64,000 bases of DNA from Dehalococcoidia bacterium (GTDB lineage Bacteria > Chloroflexota > Dehalococcoidia > UBA6926), in NCBI GenBank assembly GCA_963666115.2, contig CAXXET010000006.1, positions 320,001 through 384,000 on the forward strand, given 5' to 3'. Under the pieces are notes generated by a model, which saw only the letters and a list, made by a program, of their open reading frames with translations, was not told where the DNA came from and did no database searches. Each line of letters opens with the position of its first letter. The first letter of the stretch is position 1. The position numbers were made by a program, and so were the translations under genes. Positions 11,592 to 20,559 of this stretch are shown piece by piece.

Positions 11592-13456
11592 CGCCTGACG
11601 AGAGGGAAGAATTCTCGATCCTTACTCCAGAAAGGCTTGTGGAGGCCCTGCGGGATACCAGATACAACAGCACCGCACATGCTATCGCTGAACTTGTCGA
11701 TAATTCTATCGAGGCCAATGCGCGAGAGATTAGCCTGCTTTGCGCAGAGGAATACGAGATGGTTGTCGAGCGAAGCAAGCGAAGAGTATCCGAGATAGCT
11801 GTCCTCGATAACGGTGATGGAATGGACCCGGAGACGTTAGCGCAGTCATTGATTTTCGGCGGAGGAACCAAGCACGATAGCCTGCGTGGGATGGGGAAAT
11901 ATGGAATGGGCCTGCCGACAGCATCGCTATCGCAATGCACGAAAGTCGAGATATGGAGTTGGCAGTCAGGTTACGAGAGCGCCTGGCATTCGTGGATTAA
12001 CGTCAAGGAGATAATGGCTGGCCGCCAAACTATTCCGATGCCAGACCAGGAGAAGATTCCGGATCGCTGGCTGCGCGCGGCAAGTACGGATATGTTCGAG
12101 AACCTGCCACTTTCGCACCAAAAATCGGGCACTCTGGTCGTATGGTCAGATCTTGACAAGATGCAGTGGAAAACGAGCAGCGCAATCCTGAGGAATACTG
12201 CGGAGGAGGTCGGACGGATCCATCGGCACTTTATCGCGTCAGGACGTTGCCGCATTCAGACTGTCAGCTTCTCTGCGACCAATCCAGACGACAAGCAAGC
12301 GGACATTGTCGTCCCTAACGACCCTACTTATTTGATGCCGACTACATCCACGCCCACGCCTTGGGGCGAAACTCCAATGTTTAGAGAGTGGACGAGAAAG
12401 CACTACGGCATTGAAGCGGGTGGCAGAGAAAACACAATTGATGTCGTGTACTCGATAGTCAAACCAGAAGCATTGCAAACCGACAGGGTTAGTATACAGC
12501 CGGGCAGACAGCCACACGGTGCACATGCTAGGAAGAACATAGGAGTGTCCGTGGTTCGGGAAGAACGTGAGATTATTCTCGACAAGTCATTCATGAGTGA
12601 GGGCGGCAGTTCTCGCGACCCGCGGCAGCGGTGGTGGGGTTGTGAAGTTAGGTTCGGGCGTGACGCCGACGAGTTTTTCGGGATAGACACCAAAAAGCAG
12701 GCCGTCTGGAAATTCACTAAGGCTGCTCAAGAGCTCGCCAGTGATGATAGACCAATAGCAGTTGTTCTTGATGAAATGGGTGTGGAGAGAGACCCGATTT
12801 ATGAATTGGTTTTCGAAATCAAGAATGAAATTGGAAACCTGATGCGGGAAATCAATAAGATGTTCGGCCAGCGAACGGGCGAATCGACTGAAGACAGGAA
12901 GCACAGCCCAGAGACGAAGGCTGCCGGCAGCATGTCAGAAGCCATAAAGGACGCAATCGAGGCCGGAGAAGAAAAGGAGACGCAGACAGACGAAGACCGG
13001 CGGACAATTCCTCCTGACGAGAGAGAAGAGGCGATCGCACTGGAACTAGAAGAATCGGGGCGGCCTCCCGAGAGAGCCAAAGAGCTTGCAATGGGACTGG
13101 TGCAACAGGAGCAAGGTTTTGTCTTTGATGTTGGACAAGTTTCAGGATACTCCATTTTTGACGTGCGTTCCAGCAAAGGCATATTGCACCTGACTCTGAA
13201 TATGGATCACCCAGTTTACGACTACTTGAACGTTATCGAACAAGATATCCGTGAAAACGCCGACGAGAACAGCCCCGAATTCAAGGCGGCTGTGGCAATT
13301 CGCCTACTATTGCTATGTTGGGCACGCATGGAAGACCAGGCTGCTACTCGCGAGGAGCGGATGCAGATACAGGATATTGCGGCGAAGTGGGGACGTCACG
13401 TTGACCGGGCGGTGAGGCACGCTAGCTCGGAGGACCCGGAGATGCCGACTGGATGA
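11576..13456 (+). CDS. MORC-like GHKL ATPase
   Basis: AIAELVDNSIEA, DNGDGM, GKYGMGL, SGTLVVW GHKL motifs; long C-terminal region. Confidence 0.85.
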   Translation: MAGELTPDEREEFSILTPERLVEALRDTRYNSTAHAIAELVDNSIEANAREISLLCAEEYEMVVERSKRRVSEIAVLDNGDGMDPETLAQSLIFGGGTKHDSLRGMGKYGMGLPTASLSQCTKVEIWSWQSGYESAWHSWINVKEIMAGRQTIPMPDQEKIPDRWLRAASTDMFENLPLSHQKSGTLVVWSDLDKMQWKTSSAILRNTAEEVGRIHRHFIASGRCRIQTVSFSATNPDDKQADIVVPNDPTYLMPTTSTPTPWGETPMFREWTRKHYGIEAGGRENTIDVVYSIVKPEALQTDRVSIQPGRQPHGAHARKNIGVSVVREEREIILDKSFMSEGGSSRDPRQRWWGCEVRFGRDADEFFGIDTKKQAVWKFTKAAQELASDDRPIAVVLDEMGVERDPIYELVFEIKNEIGNLMREINKMFGQRTGESTEDRKHSPETKAAGSMSEAIKDAIEAGEEKETQTDEDRRTIPPDEREEAIALELEESGRPPERAKELAMGLVQQEQGFVFDVGQVSGYSIFDVRSSKGILHLTLNMDHPVYDYLNVIEQDIRENADENSPEFKAAVAIRLLLLCWARMEDQAATREERMQIQDIAAKWGRHVDRAVRHASSEDPEMPTG

Positions 13457-14304
13457 TTGTCTCAGAAAGTACCGGCTTCAGTGTTCCTCCTCAGAATGCC
13501 GTCTTTATTGCCGCTCCATACATAAGGGCTGCCGCTCTGACTCGGTTCCTTGCGAATGTGCCCTCTGTGCCAGAGTTGACCTGTGTTACTCGCTGGCAAC
13601 CTAAGGATCTGGCGCTTGGTGTATCAGAGGTGGAGTGTCGACGGATCATCCTTAACAGGGGAGGCCATTTCCTGCTGCACCCAACGTTGCACGCCAAGTA
13701 TTATCGATTTGATGATGAGATTCTGATTGGCTCGGCCAATTTGACGATGTCGGGTATGGGCTGGTCATGGAGATCGAATCTGGAGATACTGGCACCGCCC
13801 TCAGACGCATTTGACTACCTAGCATTCGAGTCGGAACTCTTAGCGAGAGCCAGACCGATTTCCGACGTCGAATTCGAGCAATGGGCGTCTATCCAAGATC
13901 TCGGAACAGAGGCTGTGGGTTCGACGCCACAGTTCGCTCAAGCACCTGATTGGCGACCGGTTACTCGCGAATTTGAGAATTTCTCCAGAGCCTACTACGG
14001 CCGGTTACGCGAGATACCTTCAATTGATGAGGCGCGACGGGCCCAAAGCGATATTGTGACTTTGCAGTTGCCGCCCAACCAAGTGCCTGAATCACTGCGC
14101 AGACTGGTGACTACAGCCCTCTTGGCGTCTCCCTACGCGTCGGATGTCCTGCGCGTTCAGCATATGGACGCGGTGGATGCTGCTCGTGAGTTGGCTACGT
14201 TGTATGACCTGCCGTTACACTTGGCGCGGCGCGACATGGAAACCGTCCATAATTGGCTGAGAGAATTAGCCCCGGAACTGCTACCATCATCGGAGGATCA
14301 GTAG
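13453..14304 (+). CDS. Phospholipase D-family nuclease (single HKD motif)
   Basis: LHAKYYRFD..IGSANLT; ATGA overlap with the MORC gene stop. Confidence 0.8.
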   Translation: MIVSESTGFSVPPQNAVFIAAPYIRAAALTRFLANVPSVPELTCVTRWQPKDLALGVSEVECRRIILNRGGHFLLHPTLHAKYYRFDDEILIGSANLTMSGMGWSWRSNLEILAPPSDAFDYLAFESELLARARPISDVEFEQWASIQDLGTEAVGSTPQFAQAPDWRPVTREFENFSRAYYGRLREIPSIDEARRAQSDIVTLQLPPNQVPESLRRLVTTALLASPYASDVLRVQHMDAVDAARELATLYDLPLHLARRDMETVHNWLRELAPELLPSSEDQ

Positions 14305-14328
14305 CGCCATCGCAGAAAGGACACCGCC

Positions 14329-14802
14329 ATGACAAACCAACAACAATACGACGGCCCATCCCCCGCGCTCTCTATCTACGTCAACTTTGATGGGAACTGC
14401 CGGGAGGTGTTTGATGCTTACCTGGCTGTGTTTGGGGGGGAGTTCTCCAATTTGATGACGTTTGCGGATTTGCCGCCGGATGATGATTCGCCGCCTTTGC
14501 CGGACGGGTGGGGGGACAAGATCATGCACGTCGCCCTGCCCATCGGCGACGGGGTCCTCATGGGGAGCGACATGCCGCCCGGCTTCGGCCCGCCCCTCGC
14601 CGCCGGCAACAATTTCTCCGTCAGCTATGCCGCGCCCACGCGCGACGAGGCGAACCGCGTCTTCGCGGCCCTCGCGGAGGGCGGGGAGGTCACGATGGAT
14701 CTCCAGGACATGTTCTGGGGCGACTACTTCGGCACCTGCACTGACCGGTTCGGCATCAACTGGCAGGTTCACCACACAGTGGCCGAGGACGCGGGCGGGT
14801 AA
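14329..14802 (+). CDS. VOC/PhnB family protein
   Basis: YVNFDGNC, IMH, LMGSD, FWGDYFGxCTDRFGINW. Confidence 0.9.
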   Translation: MTNQQQYDGPSPALSIYVNFDGNCREVFDAYLAVFGGEFSNLMTFADLPPDDDSPPLPDGWGDKIMHVALPIGDGVLMGSDMPPGFGPPLAAGNNFSVSYAAPTRDEANRVFAALAEGGEVTMDLQDMFWGDYFGTCTDRFGINWQVHHTVAEDAGG

Positions 14803-14808
14803 GCCACG

Positions 14809-16449
14809 ATGGAACTACACGAGGCCCTCTGGGAGCTTGGCCTGCTGATTGTGCTCGCCAAGCTCCTCGAGGGCGTCTTCAAGCGATTCGGCCTGAACGC
14901 CATCATCGCCTATGCCACGGCCGGGATCATCCTTGGCCCCGTGCTTGGAATCGTCCATCCGGGCGGCGGCATGGAGGTCATTCTCGGCATCGGCATCTTC
15001 GTCTTCTTCTTCCTCGTCGGCATCGAGGAACTGGACATCAAGGGCTTCATCGCCGCCGCCCGCGGCCGCCTCTTCTTCGCGGCTGCGTTCTCGGTGGCGC
15101 TCTCCCTCCTCATATCCCTCGCGGTCACCAGCGATGTGCTGTTCGATCTTGGGCTGGGGCTCAACCTGGACGAGGCGCTCGCGCTCGCCGGCATCCTCTC
15201 TCTTTCCAGCCTGGGACTGGTCGCCAAGGTTCTTGTCGATGAGGGACGGCTCAAGGAGCCTGCGGGCATCCAGATATTCACCGCCGTGGTCATCGCCGAG
15301 CTGCTCGTGCTGTTCGTCGTGGGATTCGCCATCAGCGAGCACTTCTTTGCGGGCGAGGGCGATGCGGCCATGGACCCCGTCCACGCCCTGGTGGTCATCG
15401 GGCAGATCTTCATATTCGCCGCCCTCACGTGGCTGTTCTCCACGAGGGTTCTACCGTGGATCATCGTGGGCCTGCAGCGATTCCTGCGCGTGCCGCAGTT
15501 GTCCTTCGGCGTGCTGCTGGGCGGGCTCTTCCTCGTGGTTGTCGGCGCGGAGCAGGTCGGATTGCACGGCTCTCTGGGCGCGCTGCTCTTCGGCGCGGCG
15601 CTCTCCATGCTGCCGTACCAGGTGCGGCGGGACATCATGCCCGGCGTCCGGAGTTCCGCAGAGGGATTCTTCGTTCCGCTGTTCTTTGCCTCCGCCGGTC
15701 TGCACGTCAGCCTGGCCTTCCTCGATCTGCCGGCGACGACCGTTGCCGTGCTGATCCTCGTCCCGCTGGCAGGAAAATTCGCCGGCGCGTTCATCAGCAC
15801 TTTCGTCGCGCGGCTCGAAGCCCCGTTCGCCATCTCCGCCGGGCTCATGGCCAAGGGGGTCGCGGAGATTGCGCTGCTGCTGGTGATGTTCCAGGTCGGC
15901 TCCATCGACGAAGCCGTGTTCTCCCTCCTCGTGATCCTCATGTTTGCGTACATGCTCCTCTCCCCGTTCGGCATCAGCTTCGCGCTCAGGAGAGTCAAGG
16001 AACCGGTCGATCACATGGACGCGCTGCACCTGCCGCCCTCGATGGTTCCCTTCGCGCTGGAGGGCATCAGGGTGGGGGACATCCTCGATCGGTCACGCGC
16101 CTACGCTGACCATTCGTCGAGCATCCAGTCATTTGCCGAATACTGGCTCCTGCCGGAACAGCAGGACTACGTGGTTGTCGATAAAGGGGAGTTGGCCGGA
16201 ATCGTCTCGCTTGGCATGCTGCGCTACGTTCCCCGCGGCGAGTGGGACGACACGCCGCTGAGCCGCGTGCTGCGCGAGCACACGCCGCATGCCCATGACA
16301 ACGAACTGATCGAGGATGCCCTACAGCGGATGATCGACCACTCCCTGACGGTGATTCCCGTCAGGGATGAAGATACGAGCCGTTTCATCGGCTCGATCAC
16401 CATCAGCGAGGTTATGGAGTTGATCACGGTCACCGCGCGGGGCCACTAG
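14809..16449 (+). CDS. Cation:proton antiporter with C-terminal CBS pair
   Basis: Many TM helices, GIILGP, FFVPLFF, KGVAE; CBS-like tail. Confidence 0.85.
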   Translation: MELHEALWELGLLIVLAKLLEGVFKRFGLNAIIAYATAGIILGPVLGIVHPGGGMEVILGIGIFVFFFLVGIEELDIKGFIAAARGRLFFAAAFSVALSLLISLAVTSDVLFDLGLGLNLDEALALAGILSLSSLGLVAKVLVDEGRLKEPAGIQIFTAVVIAELLVLFVVGFAISEHFFAGEGDAAMDPVHALVVIGQIFIFAALTWLFSTRVLPWIIVGLQRFLRVPQLSFGVLLGGLFLVVVGAEQVGLHGSLGALLFGAALSMLPYQVRRDIMPGVRSSAEGFFVPLFFASAGLHVSLAFLDLPATTVAVLILVPLAGKFAGAFISTFVARLEAPFAISAGLMAKGVAEIALLLVMFQVGSIDEAVFSLLVILMFAYMLLSPFGISFALRRVKEPVDHMDALHLPPSMVPFALEGIRVGDILDRSRAYADHSSSIQSFAEYWLLPEQQDYVVVDKGELAGIVSLGMLRYVPRGEWDDTPLSRVLREHTPHAHDNELIEDALQRMIDHSLTVIPVRDEDTSRFIGSITISEVMELITVTARGH

Positions 16450-16593
16450 GCCCGGATACTCCCGCGCAGCGCGTGTCCTTACTTAAAGAGAGAAACACGT
16501 CAACGAATCCGTATACATGGTTGCCGCCATGCGCGCGCGGTGCTACCGTGTAGCCATGCGAGCAGGGCAGTGGTTGGCCCACGAGGTGGACGT

Positions 16594-17751
16594 ATGAGCC
16601 TTCGCGGTGAAGCGGCGATCATCGGAATCGGCGAGTTGCCCACGACCCGCGCCACTTTTGGCCGCTCCATGGTCGGCCTCATGGGCGACGTGGCCCGCAT
16701 CGCCATCCATGACGCGCACGTGCGCTTCGACGATATTGACGGGCTTGTGACGGAGGGCGGGAATGTGTCTCCGGCCTTCGCGTCCGAGTACCTTGGCATC
16801 CAGCCGCGGTTCGCTTCCGGCGCGAGCATGATGGGCGCAAGCGGCGCGACGGGCGTCACTCTCGCCTCCATGGCCGTGCAGAACGGCCTCGCCAATTATG
16901 TGCTCGTCGTCATTGCTACTGCGCGCAACCCCGCCATCCCGCCGGAGGGCGGCGGGCCTCCCAGCGCGCGGTCGGAGTTTGAGGACCCGTACGGCATGGC
17001 CGCCGGCGCCAACACGGGTTACGGCATGATGTACGTCAGGCACATGGAAGAATACGGCACCACCGAAGAGCAGATGGCGCAGATGGCCGTCAACGAGCGG
17101 TTCAACACGCTGGAGAATCCAAACTCCGTCTTCAAGGGGCAGCCCATCACGCATGACGACGTGATGAATTCCCGCTTTATCAACTATCCCATCAAGCTGC
17201 TTGAAACCGTGATGCCGTGCGCCGGCGCGGCGGCTGTCGTGGTGACGAGCGCGGAGCGCGCCAGGCACAGCCTGAACCGGCCTGTCTACGTGCTCGGCGC
17301 AGGCGTGGCGACCGATCCGCTCATGGGCTGGATGCGCGACAAGCTGACCGAGACGCCCGTTGCGCGGTCTGCCCCCACCGCGATCACGATGTCCGGCTAC
17401 ACGCCGCGCGACATGCAGTTCGCCCAATTCTACGATTGATACACCATCCTCCATGCCGTGAGCCTGGAAGATGCGGGACTGATGCCCAAGGGCGAGGTTG
17501 GGGCCTTCTTTGAATCGACGGACACCCGCTACAACGGCGAGTTCCCCATCAACACGGACGGCGGCCAGCTCTCCAGCGGCCAGCCGGGTCTCGCCGGCGG
17601 ATTCCGCCACGTCGTTGAGGGCGCGCGCCAGATCATGGGCAAGGCGGGCGTCCGGCAGATTGCCCGCAATGACCTCGGTCTGGTGAATGGTTGAGGCGGC
17701 ACCGCGAGCACCATGTGCACGCTGGTTCTCGGGTCCGAGAACGCACTCTAG
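16594..17751 (+). CDS. Thiolase-like protein (SCP-x/Ltp2 type) with two in-frame TGA codons (17437, 17692); putative selenoprotein, 385 aa if read through
   Basis: Frame continues through both TGAs to TAG at 17749-17751; colinear with and the same length (1158 nt) as paralog 18356-19513. Confidence 0.8.
17445..17473 (+). promoter_or_regulatory. Putative bacterial SECIS hairpin after UGA 17437
   Basis: CATCCTCCA pairs with TGGAAGATG (one mismatch); inner GC/GC pairs close loop CGUGA 17 nt after the UGA. Confidence 0.55.
17701..17726 (+). promoter_or_regulatory. Putative SECIS-like hairpin after UGA 17692
   Basis: ACC/GGT, GCG/CGC and GCAC/GTGC stems; loop 17 nt after the UGA; loop lacks the canonical G. 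Confidence 0.4.
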
Positions 17752-17795
17752 GGATACAGAAAGAGCACAGCCGCAGAGCCGCCGGAGATGCTGCC

Positions 17796-18314
17796 ATGAC
17801 GAGCGAATACAGGAGACCCGTCCCGCGCCCCACGATGAACCCGGAGTTGACCGCGCCGTTCTGGGCAGGGACGAAACGCCATGAACTCTGGCTCCAGAAC
17901 TGCAAGCCCTGCGGCAAGTTCATCTTCTACCCGCGCGAGGCCTGCCCCGAGTGCTGGGCTCACGGCGATGACCTGGTGTGGACGAAGGCGAGCGGCACGG
18001 GCCGCGTCCACTCCTACACCGTCGTCTATCAGCCCGCCCACCCGGCCTTCGGCGAGTTCATGCCCCAGGCGCAGGTTCTCATCGAGCTGGATGAGGGCGT
18101 GCGAATGGTCGGGAACATGGTGGACGTCTCGTCGGAGGAGTTCCGCGCGGACCCCGCCGTGCTCCCGGTCAACCAGCGCGTCGAGGCGGTCTTTGAAGAC
18201 GTGACGCCCGAGTGGACGCTTATCAAGTGGCGGCGCGTTGAGGAGGACCCCGTGCCGGGGTCCGATACGGCACCTACCGAGAACCCGTGGGCGAACGATC
18301 CCAGGTATAACTGA
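17796..18314 (+). CDS. DUF35 Zn-ribbon/OB-fold acyl-CoA-binding protein
   Basis: PFW..LWLQxCxxCG..YPRxxCPxC..SGxGxVxSYTV..IELDEG. Confidence 0.92.
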   Translation: MTSEYRRPVPRPTMNPELTAPFWAGTKRHELWLQNCKPCGKFIFYPREACPECWAHGDDLVWTKASGTGRVHSYTVVYQPAHPAFGEFMPQAQVLIELDEGVRMVGNMVDVSSEEFRADPAVLPVNQRVEAVFEDVTPEWTLIKWRRVEEDPVPGSDTAPTENPWANDPRYN

Positions 18315-18355
18315 TCCCGTTAGTGAGGCGTGGCGCAGAGCAGGAGGACAGAGAC

Positions 18356-19513
18356 GTGAGTTTCCGGGGAAAGGCCGCAATCATCGGTATCGGCGAACTC
18401 CCGTCGCGCCGGACGATTCCCGGCATGAGCACGGCCGGCCTGCTGGCGCAGGCGGCGCGTCTCGCCATCGAGGACGCGCACATCTCCAAGGATGAGGTCG
18501 ACGGGCTGGTTACGGAGGGAGGCTCGGTCTTCCCGGGATTCGCGGCGGAATACCTTGGCATCCGCCCCCGATTCGGCACCGGCGTTTCCATGATGGGGGC
18601 GAGCGGCGCGACCGCCGTCCTGCTTGCCGCGATGGCCGTCCAGAACGGCCTCGCAAGCAACGTCCTCGTCGTCATGGGGCAGGCGCGCAACCCTGCAATC
18701 GCCGCCGAGGGCGAGGGGGGCGCGAACCCAGCGACGGAGTTCGATTTCCCGTATGGGCCCGCCGCCGGCGCGAATTCCGGCTACGCACAGGTCTACAAGC
18801 GCCACATGGACCGGTACGGCACCACGCAGGAACAGATGGCGCGCGTGGCGGTAAATGAACGCGCCAACGCGCAGGGCAACGAGAATGCCGTGTTCAACGG
18901 CCAGCCGATCACCTATGACGACGTCATCGGCTCGCGGTACGTGAATTATCCGCTGCGGCTGCTGGAGTGCGTGATGCCGTGCGCGGGCGCGGCGGCGCTC
19001 ATCGTCACGACCGCCGAGAGGGCGAAGGCCGGGTTGAACAGGCCCGCGTACATGCTTGGCGGGGGGACAGCGGTGGACGGCCTCAGCGGGATGATGCGGC
19101 CGGAGCTGACCGTCACGCCGGTTGCCCGCTCTGCCCCAACCGCGTTCGCCATGTCCGGCTACGCCCCGAAAGACGTGCAGTTCGCCCAATTCTATGACGC
19201 TTACACCATCATCCACGCCGTGAGCCTGGAGGACGCGGGAATCGTGCCGAAGGGCGAGATCGGGCCGTTCTTTGCGGAGACCGACACCACCTACAACGGC
19301 ACGTTCCCGATCAATACGGACGGCGGCCAGTTGTCCGGCGGGCAGCCGGGTTCGGCAGGCGGCCTCCGCCACGTCGTTGAGGCGGCCCGTCAGATCATGG
19401 GCAAGGCGGGCGTGAGGCAGATCGAGCGGAACGACCTGGGCCTCGTGAATGGCAACGGCGGGATGTCGAGCGTCATGTGCACGCTGGTTCTCGGGTCCGC
19501 GAACGCACTCTAG
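18356..19513 (+). CDS. Thiolase-like protein, uninterrupted paralog
   Basis: AAIIGIGE, GAAALIVT, YDAYT, PINTDGGQLS; GTG start after AGGAGG. Confidence 0.93.
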   Translation: MSFRGKAAIIGIGELPSRRTIPGMSTAGLLAQAARLAIEDAHISKDEVDGLVTEGGSVFPGFAAEYLGIRPRFGTGVSMMGASGATAVLLAAMAVQNGLASNVLVVMGQARNPAIAAEGEGGANPATEFDFPYGPAAGANSGYAQVYKRHMDRYGTTQEQMARVAVNERANAQGNENAVFNGQPITYDDVIGSRYVNYPLRLLECVMPCAGAAALIVTTAERAKAGLNRPAYMLGGGTAVDGLSGMMRPELTVTPVARSAPTAFAMSGYAPKDVQFAQFYDAYTIIHAVSLEDAGIVPKGEIGPFFAETDTTYNGTFPINTDGGQLSGGQPGSAGGLRHVVEAARQIMGKAGVRQIERNDLGLVNGNGGMSSVMCTLVLGSANAL

Positions 19514-19522
19514 GAGGCAGGC

Positions 19523-19987
19523 ATGACAAGCGAATACACCAAGCCGCTGCCGCACGCCACGCTGAACCCGGAGGTGTCGCGGCCGTTCTGGGAGGGCACG
19601 AAGAAGCACGAGTTGTGGGTGCAGTACTGCGGCGCGTGCAATAAGTTCGTCTTCTTCCCGCGCGAAGTGTGCCCGTACGGCCTGTGCGCCATCGACAAGC
19701 TCGTCTGGACGAAGACCAGGGGCAAGGGCCGCGTCTACTCCTACACGACCGTCTACCAGTCCTCGTTCCCGGCGTTCACAGAGGAAGCCCCCTACATCCA
19801 CGCCACCATCCAGTTGGACGAGGGCCCGCGCATGTCGGGAAACGTCCTCGTGCCGAAGGAGCAACTAGCGGAAGACCCGAGCGCGCTGGCCGTCGGCCAG
19901 CGCGTCGAGGCCGTGTACGACGACGTGACGGATGACGTCACCCTCGTAAAGTGGCAGCCCATCCCGGAAGATGAGCCGCCAGATTAA
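19523..19987 (+). CDS. DUF35 Zn-ribbon/OB-fold protein
   Basis: Same motifs as 17796-18314; AGGAGG RBS. Confidence 0.92.
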   Translation: MTSEYTKPLPHATLNPEVSRPFWEGTKKHELWVQYCGACNKFVFFPREVCPYGLCAIDKLVWTKTRGKGRVYSYTTVYQSSFPAFTEEAPYIHATIQLDEGPRMSGNVLVPKEQLAEDPSALAVGQRVEAVYDDVTDDVTLVKWQPIPEDEPPD

Positions 19988-20423
19988 GCCGGTCGATCTT
20001 CTCGGACTGATTGCGATTGGCGTTGGCCTCCTGCTTATCGTGTCGGGGGTGATGATTGGCGGGGATACCGGCTCGTCGGTCAGGACGCTGGGCGGCTTTC
20101 TCCTGATTGGCGGACTTGGGGCGGTGATCCTCGTTGAACCCCACAGGCGGGAGAGGGCGCTCGCCCTGGCGCGGGGCATGATGAAGCGCTACCGGACGGG
20201 AACCGCCGCCTGGCGCTGGCAGTACCGGACGGCGATGGCGTGCCTGCTGCTGGCGGGGGTCATGTTTGTGCCCGCGCTGTTCCTGGGCACACTCTTTGGA
20301 ATGTTCATGACGACGCCGTTTATGCTGCTGAGCATCATGGCCGTCATTGCGTCCGGGGTTTTCTTCGTCTGCGGACTGCACAGCGCCTCCAACGACGAAT
20401 CGCGCCGCCGCCGCTCACCGTGA
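19971..20423 (+). CDS. Hypothetical membrane protein
   Basis: About four hydrophobic segments; overlaps the upstream stop. Confidence 0.55.
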   Translation: MSRQIKPVDLLGLIAIGVGLLLIVSGVMIGGDTGSSVRTLGGFLLIGGLGAVILVEPHRRERALALARGMMKRYRTGTAAWRWQYRTAMACLLLAGVMFVPALFLGTLFGMFMTTPFMLLSIMAVIASGVFFVCGLHSASNDESRRRRSP

Positions 20424-20452
20424 CCTACTCCCTGCGTTACAATAGGAACTGA

Positions 20453-20528
<76 letters not shown>

Positions 20529-20559
20529 TCCCTTACGATGACCTGCCGGAGAACGTGAC

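Noticed and set aside
16540-17694. Thiolase as a split pseudogene (ORFs 16540-17439 and 17458-17694)
   Set aside because: Two TGAs at catalytic-loop sites with downstream hairpins, no frameshift and identical length to the paralog fit recoding better; not fully excluded
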